Assembly (NCBI GenBank): GCA_964016885.1
Contig: OZ024746.1
Coordinates: 89,590,001-89,654,000 of the forward strand
Origin: Eledone cirrhosa
Taxonomy: Eukaryota
Reading direction: 5' to 3'
DNA length: 64,000 bases
The translations under genes were made by a program, and so were the position numbers. A model generated the notes under the pieces. The model was given only the letters and a program-made list of their open reading frames with translations, was not told the DNA's origin and ran no database searches. Numbering within the stretch: position 1 is the first letter of the stretch; every line of letters starts with the position of its first letter. Shown one piece after another: positions 1 to 14,780 of this stretch.

Positions 1-574
1 TTTACTTGGATGAGATGGTTTACTTACATGTGTGGGTTATTTGGCTGCTAGTTAATGCTAGTTGATGTTGGTGAAGCGCGTATCAAAATGGTTCGTGTCA
101 TTCAAAACCCCGTTAAACTGTACGTAAACTGTACAATATGAATGGATAGTAATATTTACAAATATGTTGGATCACAATTATTATGCATTATAGAAATGGA
201 TCTCAGTGCAATGGGCTTTTAGTCCTAAACATATTCAATCTAATAATATCGGATACGATGTGAGAGTGTGCGGAGAGTCGATAAATTAGTGTGAAGAGCC
301 TTAAAACGGTACACGAAGTTGCTATCGATCGCCATGAAGAAAGGAATCCCTATATTACCCGGATACTGGATAATTTGTAAGCCATTTTATAAAATATCTG
401 CACACGAGCACGCCATACTTTACACAAACAAACATGCACACACACATATATATATACGCACACACAAACACACACAAAGGCGCATATTGACAGTCGATCG
501 ACTTTCGTCAAATCGGAACGAGGAAAGCATGTTTCCATTGGTCTCTCCAATTGCTGTTACTATCTATCGGTTGC

Positions 575-708
575 AACTCCAGGCAGAAGGAGCAATGTGA
601 AATAAAGTGTCTCGCTCAAGGACATAACGCATGCCTCGGTGTGGAAATTGAACTCATAACCTCAACATTGCGAATCCCATTCTCTAACCACTCAGCCACG
701 CGCCTTCA
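575..708 (-). mobile_element. tRNA-derived SINE, 5' part (family S2)
   Basis: The minus strand reads GTGAAGGCGCGTGGCTGAGTGGTTAGAG (A box) ... GAGTTCAATTTCC (B box) ... TGTCCTTGAGCGAGACACTTTATTTCAC. It is similar to the copy at 14497-14780. Confidence 0.7.
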
Positions 709-729
709 CACACACACCAACACACACGT

Positions 730-835
<106 letters not shown>

Positions 836-1086
836 TCCACATTTAGTCGTGGTACTGGTTTCAACATTATATGCTTTTTCAACGGCGGATGTGCAAAGGG
901 CACTCAAATTGCATATTTATACGAATAAGAATAAAAAGGAGGACAACAATTAATAGGTTTTACATTCATATGTATAGAGGAAAGTTCATGTCTCTCTCTG
1001 AGGCTACACTTCGTTCTCTACTAGTTGACCAACAGAGGTGGTAGTATCTTTAATGTTTGGTTCTGAATATATATATATATATATAT

Positions 1087-1294
1087 AGGAAAAAGTATGA
1101 CCCCGACGGCAGAGCTCAAGCCGTGTCGACAGCTATTTCTGGACTAAATTGGAGTTTAGTCCAGAAATAGCCGTCTAAACGGCTTGAGTTCTGCCGTCGG
1201 GATCATACTTTTTCCTATTTCCCACTCTACTACCGTAAGTATTGAGTATTCTGGTGCATTAAGGTCCATCTGGTTCCTTACCACAATTCCTTTG

Positions 1295-1297
<3 letters not shown>
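1087..1297 (+). mobile_element. Non-autonomous fold-back element, family A (palindrome plus ~80-nt tail), between TA runs
   Basis: Inverted arms ~1087-1149 and ~1156-1217 are followed by the tail CCCACTCTACTACC...CCTTACCACA. Homologous copies lie at 6892, 19283, 30250 and 62722. Confidence 0.8.
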
Positions 1298-1348
<51 letters not shown>

Positions 1349-1436
1349 TATAATATATATATAATATATATATAATATATATATAATATATATATATAAT
1401 ATATATAATATATATATATATATATGATATATATAT

Positions 1437-1493
<57 letters not shown>

Positions 1494-1514
1494 ATATATA
1501 TATATAATATATAT

Positions 1515-1571
<57 letters not shown>
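1296..1571. repeat. (TA)n microsatellite
   Basis: Directly visible. It generates spurious YI-repeat ORFs. Confidence 0.95.
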
Positions 1572-1573
<2 letters not shown>

Positions 1574-2732
1574 GTTTTGAATTTCCGTGCATCAGAATAT
1601 ATTTACTTCAAAATGTGCCATGAATAAAGAATATTTAGGAACCACGTAAAACTAACTAATGAAGGATTAGTGGCGAAAATGTGATAATAGTTACTAAGGT
1701 ACTAAGTTCAAACTCTAAGCTGTCTGAACCTGGCAATTGCATGTATACACTGTTAATGAGTGCGTGTCATCTGATAGATGCCTTGTTTGAATCGCCGTAT
1801 GTACCTCTGCCATCTTTTTACTGTCTCCTGGTTTTCCGTACTAGATTTTCTCAAGTATGATATATATATACCGTCTTGAGAAAACGTATTAATATTTCCT
1901 ATGCATTATACAGTTACGCTGTGGCACATATGCTGCTACATTCCAAAACATGTATATTTTCCATAAAGAGACGACCCGACTCAATGTACAGTCTATGCAA
2001 ATTCAATGTAAAATATGCAACATTAAAAGGAACGTAGATAATAAACCGCTTCAGGTAGATTTGAAACAACTTCACATTATTTTATGATGGCATCCACAGA
2101 TGAGGAGAGTAAAGAAAATAAGATAAACTCATGCGCATGAATACAATACATATTTACTTCTATTTCGTAAAGTACAAAACATATATACTAGTCTACAACT
2201 AACCTCAGAAAAAAGCATTGATTTACAATGCAACGTGTCATTGTCTACAATATATAATAATTGTATATTGAATTTTTCGACATAGCATAAAACATACCGA
2301 GTTACTTTGTATTTACACGGAAACAAAAATCGTGACGAAAACATGAATTATGTATTAATGAAATTGGAAATTTACGCTTTAGAGCTCGTCAGAAGAATTG
2401 AATTTACAGTCAGGCATAAAGTGGACCTGATTTCCTTTCATAGATGATAATAAAGATATGACTTTTATCTATTTCCTAAACTGCCGTTATTTGTTTCCTT
2501 TTTGGTTATTTAAATATGTTCTTTAACATTACAAGCTACTTGTTTAATAACATATTGATGTTATCACTGTAATATATAGTAATGAAATCACTAACTTTCC
2601 ATACTTTTGGATAGATTTTTATATTGAGTTTAAAATACGTTGCGGGTGGCATGTCTATGCATTGAGGAACTTGAGTTACCTCGTATAATAGAAATGTTGT
2701 ATGATATCGTTTGTGTCATGTATTTGGATATT

Positions 2733-2836
2733 AATAATTGTTTCTACTTTAGGCAATTACCCAGTGCATTACTGGTACTTTATTTTATCGACCCCGTAAG
2801 GATGAAAGGCAAAGTCAACCTCGGCGGGATTTGGAT
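2733..2836 (-). mobile_element. SINE family S1 fragment
   Basis: AATAATTGTTTCTACTTT...CTGGTACTTTATTTTATCGACCCCGTAAGGATGAAAGGCAAAGTCAACCTCGGCGGGATTTG, a sequence repeated many times in the window. Confidence 0.75.
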
Positions 2837-2885
2837 ATTAATAATAAATGAAATACAGTTGTCCCTCTGTATTGGCTGGTGTTAC

Positions 2886-3190
2886 GTTCCTAGAGTACCA
2901 CGAACAGTGAAACACCTCGAATATTGAAAGAGGTCTATAAAAATGCCTATAAGCGTCAAAATATAACGTAAAATATAAAATTAAAGAGGAAGCGTCTAAT
3001 GCGAAGGGGCGTCCAATAGTCCGGCATGTACGGTATATTTTTATTAATAATTTAGTGTTAAAAAATGTTGTCACAAAAAAGGCTATAAAAAAATCGCGGA
3101 AGATATTGATTCTGCGAATATACGGGGGATTTCCACGAACGATAATTAGAAATGTCCTAAGGAAAATTCCGCGAATGCCGAGAGTACATT
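2886..3190 (-). mobile_element. Interspersed repeat, probably a Helentron/DINE-1-like non-autonomous element
   Basis: Clearly similar to 37473-37790 (AAAATGCCTATA..CGTCAAAATATAACGTAAAATAT; TAAGGAAAATTCCGCGAAT.CCG.GAGTACA). The class call is inferred from the subterminal inverted repeats of the 37.5 kb copy. Confidence 0.55.
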
Positions 3191-3514
3191 GTATTAGCGT
3201 CGAATGTTGTACTTAGTAGCGGCGTTGATATTCATTTGGTGACAATTAAATAAAACAATATCGTGGATTTGTATTTTAAATTATACATATGTCAGTTGAA
3301 GTTTATTTCGACTGAAACTTATGTTTCAATTTCTATTTTAGTGAGTATATAATACTTTTTATTGTGTTTTCAAATTTCATGTGCAGACAGAAACACTTTC
3401 ATTTCCGAATCCATATGCTATATTCATTTTGTTATCTCAATATCTAACAAAATGTAGGAGCCGGTGTAAAAAAGCAACACATACACAATCGTTGGTATAG
3501 TTCAAATATTTAAT

Positions 3515-3710
3515 ATAATTGTTTCTACTTTTGGAACAAGGCCAGCAATTAACCAGTGCATTACTGGTACTTTATTTTATCGACCCCGTAAGGATGAAAG
3601 GCAAAGTTAACCTCGGCGGGATTTGAACTCAAACCATAAAGGGGCGTAACTCTTTGCTGCAAAGCATAGCGTCAGACCCTCTACCGATACTGCCAATCCA
3701 CTGCCAAATA
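3515..3710 (-). mobile_element. SINE family S1, near complete
   Basis: The minus strand has an A box TGGCAGTATCGGTAGAG and a B box GAGTTCAAATCCCGCC, followed by the S1 body. Confidence 0.8.
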
Positions 3711-6700
3711 TTTAATATAATATAGGAAGGAATGCATCAGTTGAACTACAAACTAAAACTATTATAGAATTAGCTACTATCTGCCATAGTAATTACCATG
3801 ATCTCTTTCAAACACATTTATTCGAAATCGTCCCCAACTCCACGTCTTATGACGTTTGATGTTTTTCAAAGTATCCATTATGTGTTTATTAACTTCCAAT
3901 TTTGTGAAAATTAAGGCGACATAATAATGTATATATTGATAAAAATACTATCTATTCAAATTTAGAAGATGACATATGTCTGTGAATTATTTACGGGGTG
4001 GAGGGAAGAACTAATATTCAATTGAAATAAATACTGCACACTGTTATACAGACGACAAGTTTACTATTCAGTAAGTTATATATCTTCAGCTGACTTTGAT
4101 TTGATGATTTATGACTTATAACCTTTTGAGTGCATTAGATGAACTGAAACATCTTGCGTTCACCGAACTCAGAAACACAGTCTGTTATACTGTAATTAAT
4201 ACAGAAGAGACAGATATCGGAGGCACCTTGTTATTAGTTAGATGCTACATTGTGTCCTTGACGACGCTATGCGAATAATATCTTATCCTAATGAAATATG
4301 CTAGAAAATATCTCCGGTGTTTTAATTCACCCGTTAGTTAAGTTAGTAGAATTAACACAGATATGGAAATATATTTGATACGATTACGAAATATTGATGG
4401 GTGAGTAAACTGAAAACTGGCCGCATTTTTATATTTGTCCCATTATTTATGTTCTGGCGGAAACTGATGAAACCAACGTTTGATATTTTTCCATCTTCTC
4501 TTGCACTTTCTCAGCCATTACCATTCTTTTGATCGTATCAGCTACAGTAATCTCTTCAGTCTGTATTATTTAGGCGTATTTCTTAATATCTTCTTTGACA
4601 AGGTTTCTACTGGATTCCCTGGAGAGACGAAAGAGTAGCTTCACCTGCGCAGCAATCGTTTAGGGACCTTCTCAGTAGACTTATGGTCATGTCAATAAAG
4701 TCTGCGTACACTTCCAGGATAAATACATTGTATTGAGGTTATCCAGAGTCCCATAGGTCTCAAAAGTATTCCTCCACCGTAGTATATTGACTTTGAAGGG
4801 AAGTTGTGGGTTCAATGCGCGAAATTGCCCCTGTGCATACTTGTACGAACCACTCTTAGTGCTACACACTGGTTATCCATTGCTGGAGCTCCCTTTGGGA
4901 TCTTGTTTTCTTCTGAGTCGTTGCAAGACCTGAAATTGAAAGATAATAGTTTAGAAAAGTGTAAAGTGCCGATTTGCTTTTAGCTACCTTGCTGAATTGC
5001 ATATGTAGGACCAGTTTATTCTGTAAGGTAGGAAATAAAACATATCGAAAAAGCCCATGATTATCACATCAAGAACACATGACATTTTCAAAAATTGGTA
5101 TTTATCAGTTTGATGAATTTAAATAAAAAATAATATAAAAGCCAATGTGTGAACAAAATCTTAATCCTGCCAAGAAATATTCATTGAATTTCTAAAGGAG
5201 AAAATAACATACGGAAAATACTTGGCACTAAACTGACCCGAATAGATCTCCAAATCGATTTTCCTATCTCATGTAATATGAATGCAAACTGATCAGAATA
5301 ATTGCCAGAAACACGACAAATTATTGTTTTCAAATTTATGGCATCTTCAACGAAACTGAGTTTTTACTATATCAACATTAAGTAACTGTTCCTATGATGC
5401 TGTATTTTTACCTTCATCATACAACTTTCTCACCATCTGTTATTGATTTACATTCATATAGTCTCGTACGAAACAACTACCACTAAAAGTCAAGGAAACT
5501 TATTGTACTACAATGTACATTATATGAAACAATTTCCAACCGTAGAATATGAAATAGAATCGAAATACTGTTTTCGGGAAAAAGAACAATGAGTTGCAAA
5601 AGAGACAACATATGTGCTATGCTTTTATAACATTCCTATGCTTTTTGTAGATTTAAACGAGGCCACATCAACATGTGCTGACATTAAGCATATCGTTAGC
5701 TCAGGAACTACAAAGCTGACTACGTTTGGTCCCTGAATTTATACATATACAGGCAACTGAATGTTTGTTCATGTATTGAGTTCAGAGATTTACTATTTCG
5801 GTGAAACCAATTCATTTGTGTCGATAATGAATATTTGAGTTATTGCACATTTTCGGGCGGTAGCGTTATTACATAAAAAAATATTAGTTATATTTATGTA
5901 ATCGATATTTGAGTCATAGAATCTTAACAGAAAACATTGGAATTTGAACTCCGAAGTTACTGACGAAACCTAATATTTTAAACGTCTTGTTTATATCTAC
6001 CATAGAGAAAATGAGGCAAATTTCATTAAATCGTACTGCTGATTTACTCGTTTCCTGCCCTTGATTTATGTTTAATTTAAAGTTTAATTAGATTCTTACA
6101 AACATAGTAGAGGGGTGGAAACAAATGACCTTTCTCTAACCGTTTTACACATTTAGAAATAAACCTCCTTTTCCGATATGTGTTATGTACAATTACAGAA
6201 AGAATGAGCATGTCTACATATGTATGTGAATGTCGTTTAACGTTTACTATCTCAGGTCAAATTGTTCGTCTTTTAGTTATCAGGAGTCTATCAATAATTG
6301 TCCGAGAGAAACTAACTAAATTAATCCAAGCAATATACACATGTCTCTTTATGACATCTTCAAGAGATGAGAGGACATCATGCAGACTACGACAGCGTGG
6401 ATGAATGTGTAGGAGTTACAATAGGCATACTTTAAAGTGGATTAGGAACTGAGCCTCAACATGTATCTAAATATTGTTCCCAGCCTAAGGTTGAATACGT
6501 TTCCGACACGCATAGTACTTAAAGGGAAGTACAAATTTGGCGGATTCTATCTGAGCAAATTAATTTAGCGCTTGCAGTATGTTGAAATTCAAATTAAAAT
6601 TTGAAGACAATGAAAATTGTGCAAGATTATGGAAATATATACGGCAAGGCGTTTAGTCTGGGATTCTAAATGTTTTTCCAATCATAGTCGATGAGCATGT

Positions 6701-6891
6701 TAAATATTCATCTGTATTTAATCAGCTTTCAATTAGGTATATATATATATATTAGTGCACATGACTGCCTGGTTGATAGATCTGGAACGTCTTGAAAGTT
6801 TAATGACGCATACGTTCTGTAATTAAGATTAATTCCGATTATAACACATACGATATATGTTTATATATGCATCCCCGCCCATATATATATA

Positions 6892-7082
6892 TAGGAACGA
6901 GTAGGACCCCGACGGCTGAGCTCACGCCGTTTCGATGGCTAATTCTGTCCAGAATTAGCCGTTGAAACGGCTTGAGCTCAGCCGTCGGGGTCCTACTCGT
7001 TCCTATTACCCACTCTACTACCCTAAGTATTGAGTACTTTGGTGCGTTATGGTCCATCTGGTTCCTTACCACATTTCATTCG

Positions 7083-7086
<4 letters not shown>
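6892..7086 (+). mobile_element. Fold-back element, family A
   Basis: Arms ~6892-6947 and ~6950-7005, then the family A tail. Flanked by TA runs. Confidence 0.8.
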
Positions 7087-7149
<63 letters not shown>

Positions 7150-7385
7150 GTATGTGTGTGGCTGAATATGAGGCGAAAATGACCGTGGGAAGGAAAACAG
7201 AAAGGTTTTCTCTATGTCAAAAAAGCTAATGTATGATGTTTCATACATGTAATATGTATTAGGCTATCATAGGATTCAAGGCATAGGCATACCTGCATAT
7301 TCAGACTGTACTCGACAGGACAGTGGTTGAAGCAGTGGTTAAACACGAACGTGTATTTGGAAGGTGTAAAGAGAATGAGAGATAT

Positions 7386-7592
7386 GAAGCAGATATTTAA
7401 TACAGAAGCACCGTACTATAATTTAACACAGGTTTACTGACACCCTTCTTACAAAGAAATAAATAAACATAGAAATAGATAACATAGATACGAAGCAGAT
7501 ATTTAATACAGAAGCACCGTACTATAATTTAACACAGGTTTACTGACACCCTTCTTACAAAGAAATAAATAAACATAGAAATAGATAACATA
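7386..7592. repeat. Tandem duplication, 106-bp period, 2 copies
   Basis: GAAGCAGATATTTAATACAGAAGCACCG...ATAGATAACATA starts at both 7386 and 7492 and looks identical. Confidence 0.9.
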
Positions 7593-8529
7593 ATCTAGTT
7601 CAGTCCCTTATTCGCTCAACGTAAACATTAACATAAGCAACAATTTAGATTCGTTTGATCAGCACCTCTGTCAAATGTAGTTACAGTAATATATTTAGTA
7701 GGTTTCATCAAAGGCTTTTTTTGGAACATTTACACTTCAAGGGAAACTTACTTTCATCATGCACAATCTACAAACTGAAGTATTGCATACGCCATAATTA
7801 CAACCACGGAACACTTTAATTTGCATGCCAATTTTCACAACATCTTACACTATATATCAATAGACTTATCTAATTAACAATACATCGAACACACTGACCC
7901 AGAAACACTACATAATTTCGCATTATTAAACAAGTATTGCCTTCTTCAGAATATAGTTCAACATTTCCTTCAGGATATGCCCGCATTACACACGTGATTT
8001 CTGCAAGAGAAATCGTGCAGGCATTTCTCATAACACCAAACCAGGAGTACGCCTACACGTCGCAGCACTGCTTCATGCATTGCATGCAGTCGTGTACAAG
8101 TTGGACATTTAAAGAGAGAGTTATAGCCGTTATTTGTCATCCTTTGACTTTTATATATTTATATAGAATTGTACAGACATTTTGAATATTATCAGTCAAT
8201 AATTAAACACACACTAATACACCCTCACTAACAACACGCACACATATACACATATTCAGTCACACACACATACACACATACACACACACGTACACCCACC
8301 TCTCCGACACACACACACATATATATATATATATACACCAACCTTCTTTTCCTTGATATAACTAACTGAATAATTACAAAGAATGTTATTATACAGGAGA
8401 AATTGCTAAGAAAGCAAATTGGTTTATGTAGAAATGCTGATATTATTACGATATATGCAAGGGCGAGGGATTGCTAAATTCTTTAGAACGTGAGACGAAT
8501 TACATTCCAACCCTTTGTTAAAGCATTAT

Positions 8530-8930
8530 ATGTTCTGAGTACGGGGTCGATAAAATAAAGTACCAGTAATGCACTGGGTAATTGCTTGTCTTGAGCCAAA
8601 AGTAGAAACAATTATATGTTCTGAGTTCAAATCCCGCCGAGGTTAGCTTTGACTTTTATCCTTAGGGAGTTGATAAAAGAGGGCCAGAAACACAATGGAG
8701 TTGATTTCATCGATTTCTTTTATTTCTCATCAAATTGCTAGCCTTGTTCCAACAATAGAAACAATTGTCACGATTCATACCAGGTCAGCGACTTGCAAAA
8801 ACCTTTAGAACAGCATTTAGTTAAAGCCTTATCCCATCTTTGTCCAAATCCCACCTATCTCAATGTTAGCTTTCATCATTTCACGATCGATAGAATAAAG
8901 CACCATTAATGCACTGGAGTTATTTCAATA
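8530..8930 (+). mobile_element. Cluster of SINE S1 fragments
   Basis: GGGGTCGATAAAATAAAGTACCAG and GAGTTCAAATCCCGCCGAGGTTAGCTTTG segments, plus a more diverged copy at ~8845-8930. Confidence 0.65.
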
Positions 8931-11394
8931 GAATTTACACTTAGCATTGTTCCTAAATGATAAATTATTATTTAGATTCATATTATATGCTCAAATGTCT
9001 AAAATCTAGTTTTAAGTTAAATATTACATCAAAGTATACATATCTGATCCACTTCAATAAAGAAAGGAGGAACACTATATCATTTCATATTATTATCTGA
9101 TATTGACAAAAGTCTATTCGAAATGAACATAATCGATTTCATTGATTTCAGTACTTGATTGGTACATTATATTTCTATCTTTAGAAATATGAATGACCAC
9201 GTGTATCTCGAGTGCCAAGGGCTGGCATTTGTACCTAAATAGCATAAGACAGTTTGATCGACGCGCGAGTGACTCTATGAGAACTCTAACTAGCAGATAA
9301 TAATAGCAATGAAAATAAAAATTGAAACATTTTTAAAGTTTAAACATTTTTTAACATTGTTCAATGCATTATCGATTACAGCAGGTACTAGAAGGACGAA
9401 ACACAATGACGATCGTATCTTCATCTCAATTTTGAAAAAAAATATCATGTCGCGTAACAAATCATATGAAGGCATTTACTCTCATGCGCTACTGATTATA
9501 CTACCTAGCTACATTGATATTACTTCAAACAAAAAATTACCTTCTATACTAAAACGCCCCATTTGTGTTACTTTTGTCTGTACATCATAGTTTCGCAAGG
9601 GAAGCGAAGCTCCTTTATTGCGTATATGTATAACTATTGGTAGTTGAATAAAATGTACTACTATGTTTGTCGAATTCATGTGGATCTACAAAGCTTATCG
9701 TAACATGAGATCACAATGCTGTTTTCATTTCCGATTGAATCATTTCAAATCATTTATCTTCGTCTCTCAAGATCATTGCCGAAAATATCCATGCTGCCTC
9801 ACGGGTAGATGTATAATGTTTCTAAAATTCGTTCAACATATTCTTTTGATGTGCGAAACGATCAGATACCTTTAGGTACTCTAATCATTTTGATCGGTGC
9901 TTGTAAAGAGATAGAAGGAAATTGAAGGGAAATTGTGGTTTATAATTAAATATAGTTCTAGCTATCAATTGCAATCATAAGATAGATATAGAATTCCCCA
10001 TAAAATGATTTAGTTAAGGCTTCCTGAAGACTTGACTAGAAATAGATCAGTTATTGGATTTCCGTTACAAATAGGATATTACTACCTAACATACTTCTTA
10101 AAGAGAAATAATATCCCCCCGACACATACACATACATATATATATTTATGTGTATGTGTGTGTTCTAAAGTAATAATTGTATTACACAAAGAAATTCACT
10201 GCACACAATGTAAAAAGGAATATAAATACTAACACATATTTAGTGGAGAGACTGTTACTATAGGCTAACACTTAAATGCTGTTTAATATACAAACAATAA
10301 GAATACATTTTATGTCACGAGTCAAATCATTTTTTTGCTAAATATCTGAGAAATAACAATTAGATTACTGTAAATCACACGATAGCATCTTTAGGAAATA
10401 TGCCGTTTCTAATGTAGTCTAAAATACCTCACTTAATAAGTATCCGCATGATACAATCCTTAGCAGAGTATAGACAACAAGAAACAAATAAGATTTCAAA
10501 GGGGTAAAGGTGGCAAGTTTTATATTTCGCATTTGTTGAAAACACCTTTTTCCGTTTCGAGGGATTTTCCTCTTGCCGAATATTTTCGTGCGAGCGAGCA
10601 AGATTTACAGTGTACGTTGATATATATACGTCACGAACCAAGCATATCAATATATGTCACGAACCAAGCATCCTCCATGTCAGGCTCTCTAAAATGGTAT
10701 ATATTTAAGAAACACTCAAAATTAGGTGTCGAATTTCTGATCTAAGCTACATTTAGAATAGAAATATATTTAAGCTGCAAGTATGAATGGAAGTACAATT
10801 ACATATGTGTGATATAGTTCTCTTTTTAATTTGGTTTTTACTGTAATTCGCCCCATAATTCGACACTACATTTTAGTACATTGTTTCAGTCTGATTATGA
10901 GAGCAGCATCGTATAATCTCTGGAAGAGAAGGTGTTAATTATTATTATCATATCTCAGCTTCACTATAATAAATTTATGTTTCATTTGTGATTGAATAAA
11001 CTAATAAATGCTTCATATAAATGTATAGTTAGACATTGCATTAATACTTTCTAAACTTAGTGTAGGACACTCCATTATAAAGTTCCACTTACTGCAATTT
11101 TGATATTACTGTCTATTTGCTGATATATTCTTCAGGTGAAAGATGGTTTTAGTTTAATGAGAGCACAAATGGATTTTCAACTATAAATTGGCTTTCAACT
11201 TCAGTCAGAATAGACTTTTATTGATTCACAGATATCAGGCAAATTTCGTCAATCTGATTCGTAAGTATTTTGATTAATTGAAAATATATTTCATAGTAAA
11301 ACAAAAAAGAGCAATCATTCCCATCACCATAGCCTGGCCGTTAAAGATACAAGGTTCTCAACAGTAGTAGCCCATCTTTGTGTATCAATGTCAA

Positions 11395-11556
11395 GTGTCG
11401 GACACCATGCTTTCCAGCATAGAATTACGGCGCTTTAAGCTTTGAGTTCAAATCCCGCCGAGGTTAACTTTGCTTTCATCGGGGTCAATAACATAAAGTA
11501 CCAGTAATGCACTGGAATAATTTCTGGCCTTGTGCCAAAAGTAGAAACAATTATTA
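11395..11556 (+). mobile_element. SINE family S1
   Basis: GAGTTCAAATCCCGCCGAGGTTAACTTTGC...GGCCTTGTGCCAAAAGTAGAAACAATTATT. Confidence 0.75.
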
Positions 11557-12781
11557 ATACATATAAATCTACGTGTACATTAAAGAACATGAGCTGTTTT
11601 GGTGAATGAAAATACGTGATTGTCCTATTTATATTACATACATCTTACTTATGTTTACCAGCTGACTTCACCTTCCGTGAAACACACATAAACACGCATA
11701 CATACATACACACACACATATACAAACACACACAAACATGAATCGTTGACGAACACCTGTATCATTCGACCGATATATATATATAAAATCAGACTTAGAA
11801 ACTCGCGTTAATCCTCTGTAATTTAGTGGGATCAAGCATACCTACGGGTTCTTCATAATACAGTAATAGAGATGAAAACACAAAGGGGTATGTTTTCAAT
11901 TACGAGGACTAGAGAACCACCAGAGTGAAAAGCATAAAGTCTACGAAACAATAGGATAATACATATTAATCGGAAGAGTAAATGAACATGTACATACCAA
12001 CCATTATAACTACAAAACACCTGGAAAAAGACTAAGAAGAGAATGTTTCAGCATAAAATGTGTCGATACTATACCTCTCAGAGCTCCTCAACAGCTGTAA
12101 AGACAGAATATTTCAATACTTCTAAAGAAACTTCAGACAACTGAAATATCGCACATAATGAAAGAAGTGATGGAAACATACGTGCGAGACTGTACATAGG
12201 GGCTTGAATGGATAAAGAAAACTGCTAGAAATAGTTGCCCATAACCATTAAACTCAATAAGATCAACTACCGTAAAGAAATAAGTCGGGAGCCAAAATAT
12301 CAGATAAAAAACGGAGTTAGAAACTTGCGTAAATCTCCTGTAATTTAATGAGCTCAAGTTATAAGTACCGGGCTTTACATAACGTCTATACGAGTCTATA
12401 CTTATATTTATATTCTCTAGTATGACTACGTGATGAGACCTATTACTCTGACGTTTTACGCATGTACTCACATGATAATCACGTGGACATCATAAGCATA
12501 TTCTTAAATTTTTACCTTGGTTTTACGTACTCAATTTCTGGTCCTTAATTATCACACACACACACACACACGCACACTTATATATATATATACTTCATTA
12601 AGTAATAAACAACATAAGGCAATTATTCCATTTACCAAATATGTCACGAAGACAGACCAGCTCAACAGAGACGTCTGAAATCGCTCATCAGAATAAAAAT
12701 AATAATTTATGTAGCATACATAGAGCACTCTCCTTTCCTTTACCCTTCCTACGGAAATACTTCATATATATATATATACTC

Positions 12782-12826
<45 letters not shown>

Positions 12827-13271
12827 TCTCTTCATATATATATATATATATATATTGTTATACTTGGGGAGGGTCATATTTGTGTAATATTGCCAGAATT
12901 AATAACAGAACACACTCACTGTCTGGTTGGTTTTCGCTTCTCGCTTCTGTGTCTTTTATATCGGTAATCTAACTTACTCGGTCATTCAATGTTGCCATTG
13001 ACTGACCGACGGTCAAAAATATTTGTTTCGACACACGATTTCATATAAAAAATGTCGCAAAACTAATTCATCGCCGCTATATATATATATATATATACAT
13101 ACATACTCTCTCTGGTGTGTTACCTTTTCAACATATTGTATTTTAAAGAGCTCAGGGTTTCTTCTCCTTTGAGCACATTATTGACAGGGAATAGCGAGCG
13201 TCTATGGCTCCGTTAATTTATCGTGATATATATATATATATATAGATATATATATATATATATAAACGTTT

Positions 13272-13349
<78 letters not shown>

Positions 13350-13430
13350 TATATATATACATATATATGTGTTTTGCAGCGGGTCACTTTGTGGCTCAAT
13401 GAAGAGTTAATAAATTAAATAATCAGAGTT

Positions 13431-13864
13431 ATATATCATAAAACATGTCTATAGAATCACCAGATAAAATATATACCATTTCCTCTCCCAATTAGCATAA
13501 TTAACCATATAAAAAATCGATTAGACCAAGCTATAAGAATAAAGGCTTCTTTGAAGAAATCTCCGACAAATAACCGAAAGCAGCCCTTCGCGTCGGTTGC
13601 GACGGAGTATTTATCGAGTATTTCGACAGCGTGTATAAATCGTCTCGATATACAGTCAACTAAATAGAATTAGGTGTAAAATAAACTAGGAGAAAAGTGA
13701 ACATATTTACGCAAAGGGCTGCTTTCGGTTATTTGTCGGAGATTTCTTCATAGAAGCCTTTATTCTTATAGCTTGGTCTAATCGATTTTTTATATGGTTA
13801 ATTATGCTTAATTGGGAGAGGAAATGGTATATATTTTATCTGGTGATTCTATAGACATGTTTTA

Positions 13865-13870
<6 letters not shown>
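13431..13870. repeat. Inverted repeat (~160-bp arms, ~118-bp spacer) next to a TA run
   Basis: 13431-~13592 is the reverse complement of ~13710-13870, with a few mismatches. Confidence 0.85.
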
Positions 13871-13925
<55 letters not shown>

Positions 13926-14496
13926 CCATTTATTTTAAGTTGTTTTGCCAAAGGGAAAAGCTGATGATTTGGGTTAGTAAACGAGGATGCAGTCAATTAA
14001 AGAACTCGCTGTCATGGAGATCATCCATCATCGATGCGGCGTCCCGCTGCTGATGCAAGGACTATGTTAGATATTCTTTAAAAACATCAGAACCTCTGAT
14101 GGGTGAGTTTCTATAAATTCTTATTCCGCGACAACACTAAATATCCAATGGCCCTGTTGCATCATTTTCGTCATGATGGAAGACTTGGACGATTTCATCA
14201 GGTGTTGATAGCAGAATTAGTTATATAAGATAACAGGATTACGGCGATCAAAAGCAGAAATAGAAAATAGAGGATACATTTGTTTGAGGGTGGGATGACT
14301 TACCAATACTGCATTATATAACTAATTCTACAAATAAGACCCACTGAAATCGCCTAAGTTTTGCATTATGATCTGATAATGAGCCTGGCCCATTGAAATA
14401 TGTATTTTGTTTTCGCGGAATTAAAATTTGAAAGAATGTTTCCAGCCGGACGTTGTTTTTTGTTTTTGTTTTATTAATGAGTGTGTGTGCGTGTAT

Positions 14497-14780
14497 GTGA
14501 AAGCGCATGGCTTACTGGTTAGAGCATTGGGCTTGCAATTGAAAGTGAGTTCGATTCTCGGACCGGGTGATGCGCTGTCCTTGAGCAAGACGCTTTATTT
14601 CACGTTGCTCCAGTTTACTCAGCTGTATAAATGAGTTGCGACGTCACTTGCACCAAGCTGTATCGGCCATAGCCTTTCTCTTGGATATCATCAGTCGCGT
14701 GGAGAGGGGAGGCTGTTATGTATATGGGTAACCTCTTGTCTTTCTCAAGCGACCTTGACCGGACTTCTGCCTCGGAGGGA
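14497..14780 (+). mobile_element. tRNA-derived SINE (family S2)
   Basis: TGGCTTACTGGTTAGAG (A box), GAGTTCGATTCTC (B box) and the core TGTCCTTGAGCAAGACGCTTTATTTCAC. Confidence 0.75.

Noticed and set aside
3515-3710. tRNA gene (A and B boxes)
   Set aside because: No complete cloverleaf. It is the tRNA-derived head of a high-copy SINE.
4645-4930. Possible minus-strand exon (acceptor TTTCAATTTCAG at ~4931, raised GC)
   Set aside because: All three frames hit stops and no protein is recognisable. It could be a terminal or non-coding exon but cannot be supported without transcript data.
12075-12095. Possible 20-nt micro-exon on the minus strand (TTTACAG...GTATAG)
   Set aside because: Splice-like signals of this quality occur by chance, and no partner exons were identified.
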